Of a stretch of DNA of 64,000 nt, positions 12,292 to 23,729 are shown in pieces. The translations under genes were made by a program, and so were the position numbers. Positions within the stretch are counted from its first letter, which is position 1. The number at the start of each line of letters is the position of its first letter. Origin of the DNA: Marsupella aquatica (taxonomy: Eukaryota; Plantae; Marchantiophyta); assembly GCA_973895155.1 (NCBI GenBank), contig OZ316891.1:1975324-2039323 (forward strand). Reading direction: 5' to 3'. The notes beneath the pieces were generated by a model. That model worked only from the letters and a program-made list of their open reading frames with translations. It did not search any database and was not told the origin of the DNA.

Positions 12292-15200
12292 ATGAGTGAC
12301 TCGGAGGATACTGGAAAAATTGGCGTCGGTGGAGATTCAAGATCGCGATGGTCAGACAGAGAGTCTGAGGAGGAGCTGCTACCGTTTGAGGAAGAACTAG
12401 TGACACCGGTACGATCACCGGTGCGGCGTGCAGTGGAGGAAGCTGTGTTACTACCAGAGTTGTCGGTAGTAGGGAAGAAGAGGGAGATGGCTAGATTCGG
12501 AGGAGTAAAGTTTGAGGTGGAGAAGTACGATGGTCGTACTGACTACTTGCTGTGGGAGAAGCAAGTGAAGGGTGTTCTACGGGCCATGGGCTTAGCTCAT
12601 CTGCTCTCTTCGTGAGAGCAGTATGATGGAGAGGAGGAGATTTCTTTGAGACAATGGAGACAGGAGCAGGTGATTGTTGTCAATGCAGTGATGCTATATC
12701 TCAAGCCGCACATCATCAAGCAGCTGGATGATTATGCGGATTGCACGTCACTGTTCAAGGCTCTAAGAGAGAAGTACTACCTGGAAGATGCGTCAGACCG
12801 GCTGTACAAGAAGTCTCTCTTGATGAGCCTTAGGCTCAAGGAAGGGAGCAAGATGCAGGATCACCTGGATGAATTTGACAGTCTAGCGATGGATCTGTCA
12901 AACTTGGGAAAAGGAGTTGAAGATGAGGATAAGGCCTTGCTTCTGCTAAGCTCCTTACCGCCGTCTTATCAGGGCTTGAAACAGGTGCTCTTGTATAGAG
13001 ATCTGAAGTCCATTTCGTATAATGAGGTGGTGAGCTCATTATTGTCTGATGATGCTCAGAAGAAGCTAGGTCAATCACAGACAGCATCTTCTTCTGGCAC
13101 TGCGCTCAATGTGAACAGGGGAAGAGCAGCGCAGCGCACGAATGGGCAGAACAGGTTTAGATCTACATCACGAGGGAGATCTAAATCCAGAGGGAAATCG
13201 TAAAAGAGGAAGCCTCTTGCATGTTGGAATTGTGGCAAGCCTGGCCACATGAAAAGGGATTGTCCAGTAAAGGTCCCTGCTGCCTCTGCTAATACGGCAT
13301 CGAGCTCGCATGAGGTAGATTTACTCGATGATGATAACATATTGTGATGTCAAAGTTATGCTCTCAACGTAGTGTCAAATCTAGGTAAAGATGACTGGAT
13401 TCTAGATAGTGCATGTACTTTTCATATTTGCTCTAGAAGAGATTGTTTCAGTTCTTACACGGTTTCCAACGGGTCAGCGTTGATGGGAAATGGAATCCCA
13501 TGTCAAGTTGTTGGACTTGGATCTGTAAGATTTCAGATGTTTGATGGTGTTGTGAGAACGTTGAGGAATGTGAGACATATTCCCAGCATGAAGAAAAATC
13601 TCATTTCACTTGGAGCTTTAGAAGCAAATGGCCATCAGTGGAGCTCTGCTAATGGTGTCCTTCATGTTTCAACTGGTACTAAAGTTGTATTGAAGGGAAA
13701 GAGACATAGCAATCTATACGTTTTGGAGGGCAGTGTAGTCTGTGATGAAGCCAATATAACCTTATCTCATGAGGAGACGGCCCGGTTGTGGCACTTCCAT
13801 TTGGGCCACATGAGTGAAAAAAGTTTGGTTATTCTTCAGAAGAAAGGATTACTTTCTAATTTGAAATCTTGTAAGTTGGAATTTTGTGAGCACTGTGTGC
13901 TAGGGAAACAGCACAGGAAACCCTTCGGAGTTGGAACTCACACCAGCAAGGAGGTACTTGAGTATGTACATAGTGATGTGTGGGGTCCAGCCCCTACTCC
14001 CTCACATTCTGGACGGTTATACTATGTCACGTTCATAGACGATTACTCAAGGTATGTGTGGATATACTTTCTACACAATAAGTCTGATGTTTTTGTCACT
14101 TTTAAGGAGTGGAAAGCCCAAGTAGAGAATCAGACTGGTAATAAGGTGAGATATCTTTGATCGGATAATGGCGATGAATACAGTTCCGGGGAATCTGGAA
14201 CGTATTGTAAGGAGCAGGGGATTACCCGTCATCTCACAACAAGTTATACTCCTCAGCAGAATGGTGTTTCTGAGAGACTCAACCGAACACTATTGGACCG
14301 CTCGAGAGTATGTTGAGTCAATCATGCTTACCACATGAGTTTTGGGCTGAAGCTGTCAACACTACAACTTATTTGGTAAATTTTTCTCCATCCAGTTCTA
14401 TTGGATTCAAGACGCCATTTGAAATGAGGTACGGGCGTCCAGCAGATTACTCACATCTGAGGATTTTTGGATGTGATGCTTATGTGCTTACACCTTCCCA
14501 GCTTCGATCCAAGCTGGAGTCCAAGTCAAAGAAGTGCATTTTCCTTGGCTATCAGAAAGGTGTTAAGGGTTATAGGTTATGGGATCCAGTAACCTGTAAA
14601 CTAATTGTCAGTAGAGATGTGTCCTTTAATGAATCCAGATCATCAAAGGAGGGGGAGAGTTCTCAGGACTCCCATACTGACAAGGGGAAATCTCCCATCC
14701 CGGACCGGGTTGAGGGGGAGATTAGTCATGATGCAGTTCATGACAGGAGAGATGGAGAAGCTTCGGGCTTGGAGCTGGTTCTTGTGATGGAACAAGAGGA
14801 GCAGATTGTTGCTGGGGTACCTCAAATTCAACCAGCAGCAATAGCAGATCAGCCTGAGTCATCTACTAGAAGAACTTCCAGTCGTTCTACTAGAGCTCCT
14901 ACCAGGTATGGTCAATGGGCAGACTCATCTAAGCTAGATGATATTGACATTGCACCTGATGAAGATGATATGGCTTTGATCTTGGAAGAAGGAGAGCCTT
15001 CTTCGTATAGTGAGGCTTGTGCTTCAGAGCAGAAGCAAGAGTGGAATGCAGCAATGCAGAGGGAGTTGCAATCTTTGAGTGACAACAAGACATGGGAGCT
15101 GGTGGAGCTTCCAAGAGGTCAGCAAGTGGTGGACAGCAAGTGGATTTACAAGTTGAAGAACAGTCCTTCAGAGGGTGGAGATAAGATCTACAAGGCACGG

Positions 15201-15429
15201 CTTGTTGCCAAGGGATTCACTCAGGAGAAAGGAGTGGATTACAATGAGGTCTTTTCACCGGTAGCTAAGTATTCCACAATTCGGATCTTGTGTCAGCTTG
15301 TTGTGTTTTTTGGTCTGGTGATGGATCAGATGGATGTTGTTACTGCTTTTCTCTATGGCAACTTGGAAGAGATGATCTTCATGAGACAACCACTAGGCTT
15401 TATGAAGAAGGGCCAAGAGAACTTAGTTT
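12292..15429 (+). pseudogene. Copia gag-protease-integrase-RT (5' part), with in-frame stops and a frameshift
   Basis: VEKYDGRTDYLLW (gag), CWNCGKPGHMKRDC zinc knuckle, WILDSACTFHIC (protease), HSDVWGP and FIDDYSRY (integrase), YKARLVAKGFTQ and QMDVVTAFLYG (RT); stops at about 12613, 13201, 13346 and 14158. Confidence 0.93.
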
Positions 15430-16074
15430 CACTACAACACTACCGACCCCTTTTGCGAACCCCGTCCCATCGCAACTAACAAAGGACCAAATTATGAAAT
15501 TCCGGCGTTTGCGAAACGCTACGCATCGCAACCCTTTCGCATTCTTTGAAACCCACAGCTTCGCAATCGGACTTTCGCAACCCCTTCGCAACACCTTCGC
15601 ACACTGCGAAACTTATTTTATCGCACATAAATCACATTTATGCGATCTCGACAGACTCTTTATCGGTTTGCGACGCGCTCTGAACTATAACTTATTTGCG
15701 AAGCTGTTTTCTTGACAATTCCGTTGCCATTCATATGGTATCGCATAACTGCGTCAGTCAGGGTGTCGCACAATTGCGGAACCAAAAGTATTGCAATATT
15801 CCAATACTCAATGTATGGCACGTTTGCGATAGTATGGCGTTCGCATGTGTTTTGCAAGGATAGTTTGAGGGCTGGGTTTTGTATATTTGGGTTCATAATT
15901 GGGTTGGGGTCTTATTGCTCCACATGAAGATACCAAAGCAAAACTTTATATATGCCAAAAATCCCTAAATGTACAAAAATTAGGGTTTTTGAAAACCCTA
16001 TGGGGTATCAAATACCAAGACACTGTCCTTTGACTAATCCATATGCCATATGGAGTGAACTACATCTGCATCCT

Positions 16075-18122
16075 CTAGAATGGAGCCCGCCTACTCCTCT
16101 TTGCTGGCCTCTTCCCCTTGTCCTTCTTGCTTTGGGCGGGACGAGCTGGACGGGAGGGGGTTGGTGGTGGTGGTGGTGGCGGTGGTGCCTACTGCTCCTC
16201 CCCATCTGGCTCATCCTCATCATCGTCATCATCCTCATCATCATCCTCCTGGTCTCTTGGTGTGCTAGGTGTGGCAGCACTCCCTGCCCCTCTGGACCCA
16301 CTCGTGGTGGCCCCGGTAGTGTCCCCATCATCAGCGCCGCTATCCTCCTCACTGCTATCCTCACTCCCCTCCTGCTCCTCCTTATCCTGCTTCCATGTCA
16401 CAAGGTTAATTTGGGTTTAGGGTTAATAGGAAAAATGTATAAACCTTATAAATGGAATGGGTGCGGGTTTAGAAAGGGTACTACAAATCACTCACACTAG
16501 CCAACTCTGCATCAACCAACTCAAAGAGATGTCTGGCCCCATGCTCTGCCCCTATCTCCATCTCCTTTGTTGTTATCTTGTGGTGGTACCTCTTATACTA
16601 CCACAAAAAAATGAAACACCAAAACATAAGGGGCCCGGGTTAGTAACTAAGGGTACTTAAGCAAAAAACGAATCCTAAAAAGGGTAAAAAGGGTACCCTA
16701 ACCAGAAAAAAACCCCATTACCCTAACAAACATTTGTCACTCGACACTAAACAGTTTTCAAAATGAAACAAGCTTTGCGAAACTCCCACCTTCGCAAATT
16801 CAAATATATTTAAGTTTGCGAAATAGACTGCGAATCGGATTGCTTCGCAATGGCTTCGCAAACCTTACGGGAAAAAGGTTATAATAGAGTTTGTGAAACA
16901 ATTGCGAGGCAACCCGCTTCGCAATTGTTTCGCAAACTGTGCTTTTAAAAAAATCCGAGAAATGGCTAAGGCACGCAATGTGTCAGGGTGACCTAAAACG
17001 AAAGTGGAGGCCATAAGGGGTAAAGCAGAGGTCTGCGAGGGGCATTGCAGGCAAGCAAACAACAATTGAAGGCGAAGGAAAAGAAGCAGGGGAGGAGGGG
17101 AGAGGACTTCAGGCCGGGAAGTCCACCTTGCCCCATCTTGTGTGTGGTCTTGGGGCGTTTGCTGACTCGGTCTGCTGCAAGGATGAACTTCTGGGGTGGT
17201 GTCCCCACTTCATCCACGATGTGCTGCAGCTGAGAGACCTTCTCAGCCAATGCCTTGAGGTCTTTGTCTGACTTCCCGGCCTGAAGTGCCTGGCCTCCTT
17301 CTCCTTCCAGAATTGGAGGTCCTTGGCTGCTTTCAGCTGCACCTCGACCTTATAGAACGCGTTCCACACATCCTCTATGAATTGCACTAGCCTCCTCACG
17401 TTCCTGTACTCCTGCAAGCTTGCCAGGTAGGCCCTCACCTTCCTCCTATCATGGTATCGTGCTTGAGACATTGAATTCGAAATTCTATCTGCAAGCCACT
17501 GGTCATCAATCTCTGCTCCATTTATGAATGAATCTTTGACCTAAGTCATTACTTTCCTCTGCTCTGCTCTGCTTAGTTTCCCCCACTCAACACCTCGTGC
17601 AAAGCTAGTCCTCACAGCAAGTCTGATAGTGCTCTTTGCCCCAGTGTAGGCCAACTCAGTAGGAATGCCCTCAACCAAGGCAATCAATGGCAGCTTCTTC
17701 CTCTCTTCCTCCTTTTTCCGCTGCGCCTCACGTTGTGCTCGAATCTCATCTCGTTCCTCCCTTCTCCTCTTCTTTTCGAGGGCTGCAGGAGAGAGTACTC
17801 CTGCCTTAGCCCTCTCCTCCTTCTTTCGTTTCTTCTCTCTGGCCTTCTCCTCAGCTACAGCCTTTGCCTCTTTCTCCCTCTGAGCCTGCCCTGCTGCAAC
17901 CCCGGTTTGCAAAGCTTGCCCTAGAATTGCACTCAAAGAAGCAATCCCAACTGGTGTACTCAAATCCAAATGGCTCAGCTGTGTGGCATTGAGATGCTCG
18001 GCCATCAAATTCGTCCATTGATTACTCTCCTCATTCCTGTTCCCTCCATTGCCATTGCCACTCCCACTCCCACTCCCACTTGCCCCTGCCCCATCCCCTC
18101 CACGCCCTCCACTAGAATCCAT
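16075..18122 (-). pseudogene. CACTA-1 TnpA/Ptta-like accessory gene (multi-exon; stops and a frameshift)
   Basis: ORF 18122-17541 reads through a TAG into FINGAEIDDQWLADRISNSMSQARYHDRRKVR and HKMGQGGLPG, homologous to the 54026-52833 ORF; small exon at about 16598-16497 (YKRYHHKITTKEMEIGAEHG); acidic/Pro-rich last exon. Confidence 0.65.
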
Positions 18123-18456
18123 AGCTATCCAACACCAAGCGCGCGCAAGCTCTCCTCCTGCCCTCCCTCACTTCAAAAAACGTCGAATGGGCCTCGTAAC
18201 CCGGCGGGAAGGTCCGAATGCCCAGACAAAACACATTTGCGACGCAGTCCGCATCGCAATTTGCGAATCAGCCCGCTTCCAAAACAAGAACCCCCCATAT
18301 TGAGAGATATGGACGTTACGGACGTCATACAATAGGGGCTTCCTCATCCCATGTGGTAAGTGTTTACGCCTTAGTTTCTACCCTATTTCCACATCGCAAT
18401 GGTGAAGGTTTTTAATTTCACACCTCTTGTTGTTTGTTTTGGTTTGGGTGGAATAG

Positions 18457-19272
18457 GTATCTAGTAGGCCTAGACCTGCGGCATCAGCACCTTATGTCCC
18501 ATCACAAGGTGTTCTAGATGCTATAGGCAATGCATTCTCACAAGCCTTGGGTCTAGCAACAGCCCCCTCCAGTCCTAGGGCAGTTGGGGGTGAGCCTGTT
18601 GTCCCAAGAGGGAGAAAGCGTTCCAAGAGACGGCCCCGAGGGGATACTGATTTGTACAAGGCAGTGGTTACCGATAGGTGGGGTGATTGTGAGTTTACTG
18701 GCAGATGTGTTCCTATCATCAATGACTGGGATCCCCAAACTCTTGGTTTGCCACAAGAGCTTTCCTATGGTGAGGAGGTAGAGGTTTGGGGAAGACGTTG
18801 GGTTATCAAACCTTCCACACTTGGGGATAGACATGGCTATGGAGTTTTTGCTTGTGAAGACATCATTGTGGATACCGAGAGTGGTAGTGGTGGACGCGGT
18901 CGAGAAGGACCTACGTTGTTTCCTTATGGTGGACCCATCTACAAGAGAAGACATTGGAACATGATCCTTGCACAACATCCTGAGTGGAAGACTTATGCCT
19001 TGGAGTTAGATACTTTTGATGGAAACACTAGGAGGTATAGTGAGCAGCGGGTGATAGATGGGGACCCCATACGAACTGGGAATATAGCTGGTTTCATAAA
19101 CAGTACTGTGGGGACTCGCCCCAAGCGTAGGCAAAATTCTGAGTGGGTTTTCATTGAGGGTCCTCCACCAGCCCCTTATGGCCAGACATATCATCATGAC
19201 CATTGTCTGGTTGTAGCTACTAGGACCATTCACTCAGGTGATGAGTTGTCTACTCACTATGTGTGGGATTAG
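18457..19272 (+). CDS. CACTA-1-encoded SET-domain protein (terminal exon nested in TnpD intron 1)
   Basis: HGYGVFACEDI (motif I), FPYGG (motif II), IDGDPIRTGNIAGFINST...QNSEW (motif III-like), VATRTIHSGDELSTHY (motif IV); phase-0 acceptor ...gaatag|GTA at 18456/18457; uninterrupted frame. Confidence 0.85.
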   Translation, partial: VSSRPRPAASAPYVPSQGVLDAIGNAFSQALGLATAPSSPRAVGGEPVVPRGRKRSKRRPRGDTDLYKAVVTDRWGDCEFTGRCVPIINDWDPQTLGLPQELSYGEEVEVWGRRWVIKPSTLGDRHGYGVFACEDIIVDTESGSGGRGREGPTLFPYGGPIYKRRHWNMILAQHPEWKTYALELDTFDGNTRRYSEQRVIDGDPIRTGNIAGFINSTVGTRPKRRQNSEWVFIEGPPPAPYGQTYHHDHCLVVATRTIHSGDELSTHYVWD

Positions 19273-19415
19273 AAAATGACCATACACATGGCGTTTGGCC
19301 ACATTTTGTATTTACACCAGTACCGATATTATTTCATGTTTGCACACCCCCATATATTCTTCTACATGTTGTAACTATTTGCTTTGTAACTTTCAATTGT
19401 TTGCATTGTTTTTAG

Positions 19416-22400
19416 AATGTGCGACCCTCTCAAAATATGTTATCGCGGAGATTGAGAGCAGCATATCGGGAAATGGGTATGCCGGAAGAAGGACAAGGCT
19501 CTGAGTCACATTCCTCATCAAGTGATAGTGGAAGCAACAACCCTGATCGCAATGTACCCAAAACATATGAACAGGTTATTGATGACCAAGATAGAGCCAT
19601 GGATGATTTTATGGTTGATTGGTTTGGTGTTGACGTCCCTGGTGATGATGCTGAGGTGTCTGCTGATCAAGGAGGTCATGTGCCCCCCAATGATCCACAA
19701 CCAAGACATACCCCCGAGGGACAGCGCCAATGGGAGGAAGCAGAGGAACATGCCCGAACTCCTATTTATGAGGGTGCTCGTTTGAGTCGTCTTTCTGCTA
19801 TCTTGGGGTTGATGAATCTACAGGCCAAACACAAGGCAAGCAATGCCTTGTTATCTGATATGTTTGCACTTTGCCATGACCTTATGTTACCTTCTGGCAA
19901 TGTGTTGCCAGGAACTTGGAAGGAGGCCAAGCATGTTCTCTCATCAATTGGCATGGAATATCATATCATTCATGCATGTGTGAATGATTGCATGTTATTT
20001 CATGGGGCCGATGAGAAGAAGACACAGTGTACTGAATGTCATGAGCCACGGTATGACCCCAACATGATTACAAAGAAGGTGCCAAGAAAAGTTGTTTGTT
20101 GGTTTCCCATCATTCCTCGATTGTTGCACATGTACAGGTGTTCTGATTTGGCAGAGTTGATGGTATGGCATAAGACTCATCGATCAGAGCCTGGTGTTAT
20201 GCGGTTGCCAATTGACTCTCCTGTAGTCAAACATATTGAGGAAACATGGCCAGACTTTGCACATGATCCTCGTCATGTGAGGTTGGGATTGGCATCTGAT
20301 GGGGTTAGTCCTCATGCCCTTGGAGGCAAGGGAAGACCTACATCAGTTTGGCCTGTGGTTGTGATGAATTACAACCTTCCACCATGGCTATCCATGAAGA
20401 AGGGGTTCCTCTTGTTGTCTTTGATTATTCCAGGTCCAAAAAAGGTGAAGAACTTTGACACTTATTTGGCACTATTGATTGGAGAACTCCAAAAACTGTG
20501 GGGTGGAGTGTGGGCATATGATGGCAAGAAAAATACAGGAGACATTCCACGTGTATTTAAATTGAGAGGGGTAGTTTGTTGGACAATGCATGACTATCCT
20601 GGTAAGATGACTTTTTGACCATATGCCACCCTTCTTTGATATGCTCTTTAATATACTTGTTTGTCATGTGACAACCCTAACATTTAGTCTGGTTTTATTT
20701 TTGGTGTAACCAGGGTTTGGCTTTGTCTCTGGATTGCAAACTCAGGGGTACAAAGCTTGCTCCACCTGTGGTCCACAATTGCAAGATATGGCAATTTGGT
20801 CCCCATGGCTTAGGAAGATTGTTTACATTGGGCATACAAAGTTTCTTCCGATGGGGCATGAGATGAGGTCTGACCCACTTTTATTTTCCTCCTTTGACAT
20901 GCCCCTTGGTGATATGCGGGAAATTCCGGAACCAACAACTTTTGGGCATTGGAAGTCACTAGCTGATAGGGTGGCAGACCCTGATGATCCCCTCACCTTT
21001 GATGGTACTGGGTTGACGAGGTGGAGTATACTAGCCAGTTTGCCCTATTGGTCAGAGTTGAAGATCCGCCATCTTTTAGACCCCATGCACATAGAGGGAA
21101 ATGTGGGGAAGGCGTTGATAGCTCATTTTTATGGGGAGAAGGACACTAACTTCAGGGAGGCATGTGAAGAGTTGGAAATGCATCCAGATGTATGGGTACA
21201 AGTTGATCCTGCCACAGGTTTGGAACATCGTCCTTCTGCTCCTTGGGTGCTTAGTGTTGGCCAAAGACGTGAATTCCGGAATCGTATAGGGGAGATGCGG
21301 TTTCCTACAGGCTATGGTGCCAATTTGAGGAAAGCTTTTGGGATGGAGGACAATCACAAATGGCCACGGTATCTCAAGACACATGACTATCACCGCTTAT
21401 TGCAGCATATATTGCCAGTGGCAATTATAGGGTTGGGGACCAAAGAAGTGCAAGATGCCATTTGGTCATTGGGTCGTTTGTTGAGATGGATATGCTCAAA
21501 GGAGATATATGTGGAAGAGATTCCTGGAATGGAGGTATTGGCTGCTGAGGTGGTTTGCAAGTTGGAGAAGGCCCTCCCTCCTTCCTTCTTTGATTGTCAG
21601 GTTCATTTACTTGTGCATCTTGTGAGGGAGGTTGCCATTGCTGGTCCAGTTCATTGTCGATGGATGTACTGGCTTGAGCGTTACATGTCAGTCTTGAAGG
21701 CTTATGTACGTAACCGTGCACGAGTGGAGGGAAGCATAGCTATAGGATACTTGGCTGCAGAGAGCATGTTTTATTGTAGTAACATCTTGGCCACCATTGA
21801 TCGGACTTTACCACGTACTTGGATGGAGGAGAGGCAAGAGGAGGACCGTTTAACAGGAGCAACAAAAACACGCATGCTTACATCAATAGAGTGGACACAG
21901 TTGAATACATTCATGTTGAGTAATAGCAATGTCATGGATGAATGGAGGGAGTTTTATGACAATGCCAAAAGAATGAGTCAAAGGGCAAGGATTTTTCCTA
22001 AGTTGCATGAGTTTATGAAGGAAAAGTTGGTTGAGTTGGATGGCATTTTGGCACAAGGAGGAGATGTCTCACAGTTTCCTACTATGACAAATGACATTCG
22101 GACCATTGTTCATGGCCCTTTGAGAGTGGTAACATCCAAGACGGCCATGTGGACCCAAGGGAGACACTTCAGGTTTCACTAGTTCCTAACCTTGTTTTCC
22201 ATATTCATGTACTACTACTTAAGATATAGTAATCATTTTACTTAAGATAAGTGTGTTTTTCTCTTTTGGTATGAAAGGTTCCTCATAACATGATTAGTGT
22301 TTTTTGTGTAGTAGTAATAATATATGGGTCTTGTTAATTTCAGGATTTCTTCCCTTGATGAGAAGAGGGCTCGTACTTTTGATTGTGGAGTTCAAGGGCA

Positions 22401-22830
22401 GTTTTGTCAGGACTCCCGGAGTAGCCGACATGACAGGAATATTGTTCGTGATGTTGTGCCACACTATGGGAAGATAGAGGAGATTTTGGTGGTCTTATAT
22501 GACAACCAATCTAAGTTTGAGGAGTATGTCTTCAAGTGCAAGTGGTTCAAAGTGAACCTTGTTGGTAATAATCGCACTGTACTCCAAGATGAGAGTGGGT
22601 TTACACGGTTGAGGACAAGTGCCACTAGTTTTCAAGCATCTCATTGGCAAACGTCAGAGCCATTTACTTTCCCATCTCACTTGGAGCAATGTTTCTACGT
22701 TCCATACCCCTTAGACCCAGAGTGGTCACTTGTCATCACATATGTGCCACGGTCTCGTTCCATTGTTTCAGACAAGCCAGACACTATTTTTGTGTCAGAT
22801 GTAGAGGACATTGAAGGTGACCAAGTGTGA
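19416..22830 (+). CDS. CACTA-1 TnpD-type transposase; exons 19416-20601, 20714-22172, 22344-22830 (plus an upstream exon ending at 18355)
   Basis: IHACVNDCMLF, RLGLASDGVSP, WPVVVMNYNLPPW, WTMHDYPG, LDPMHIEGNV, LKTHDYH, PPSFFDCQVHLLVHL, GPVHCRWMYWLER, YGKIEEI and FKCKWF; GT-AG introns join in frame with no stops. Confidence 0.95.
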
Positions 22831-23729
22831 GAGACACTTATGGATATTTAAACCAAAAATCTATATCATGGATTGTTCATGTTGTTTCTTAATTAATATT
22901 TCATACACCATTAGTGTGGTAGGTATTTTCATTTTGGACTCCTACTTCAAAAGAGGTCATGCATATAAGTGACATGGGTACTCCCTCCCTTATCCCTCCT
23001 CCCTCTTTGAACCCAAACTCTCCTTCCTCTTCCAAAAACTCCATAGCTTTTTCTCCTCCCTCCCTCTTCGCTAAAGTCTCTCCTATTTTTAGTAAACCCT
23101 CTTTGGACTCCCTTCTTCCTCCGTCCCTCATCCACCTTCCAACTCCCTTCCTCCCTCTTTCACCTTTCACCTCCCTCCCTCCTCCTCCCCCATTCAAACT
23201 CTAACCTAGATGCACACATAAGTCTAACATAAACGTTTGCGAACTGTTTGCGAAACTAAACAAATCCCAACCAAATCGCAATTCTGCCATTTAAATCGTT
23301 TCTCAATTATTCCATACTATACGCTTCACTATTTTGCGATATCCAGACCATCCCACCTTTACCATCCACATCGTTTCGCATATTTGCCATACAAACCCAT
23401 CGCAAATTGTTTGAAGCTAACCTTTTCGCAAACATCCTCCAATACTAATTGTTTCGCATCATTAATGTTACCGTGGTTTCGGACTTTCAGAGTGGTCACG
23501 GAGCCTTCGTTATGTGTTTTGTAATCTCTGTAGTTTCGCAAACTATTGTGATACAATAAAGTTCGCAAAATGTTTGCGATGCAAATCGCATGGAAGACCA
23601 AAGTTGCGATACCACAAGTATCGCAAATTGCGATGCGTATTGAGTCATCAACGGTTTGAAGCATCTGGAATCGCAAACGTGTGTCCGGACTCAAATGAGC
23701 TTCGCAAAAGGGCAAAATATGTTGTAGTG

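Larger units (their letters stand above)
15430..23729 (+). mobile_element. CACTA (En/Spm) DNA transposon 1, 8300 bp, inserted in the copia RT
   Basis: Termini CACTACAACA...TGTTGTAGTG; TTT TSD at 15427-15429 and 23730-23732; removing it restores the RT peptide ENLVCRLLKSLYGLKQSPRQW; TTCGCA/TGCGAA subterminal repeats; TnpD transposase inside. Confidence 0.97.

Noticed and set aside
18547-19272. SET ORF as a neighbouring host gene or a separate insertion
   Set aside because: It lies between intact CACTA termini, has no TSD or TIR of its own, and has a positional homolog in the second element.
22959-23204. Pro/Ser-rich ORF near the right end of CACTA-1
   Set aside because: It arises from a pyrimidine-rich low-complexity tract and has no domain signal.
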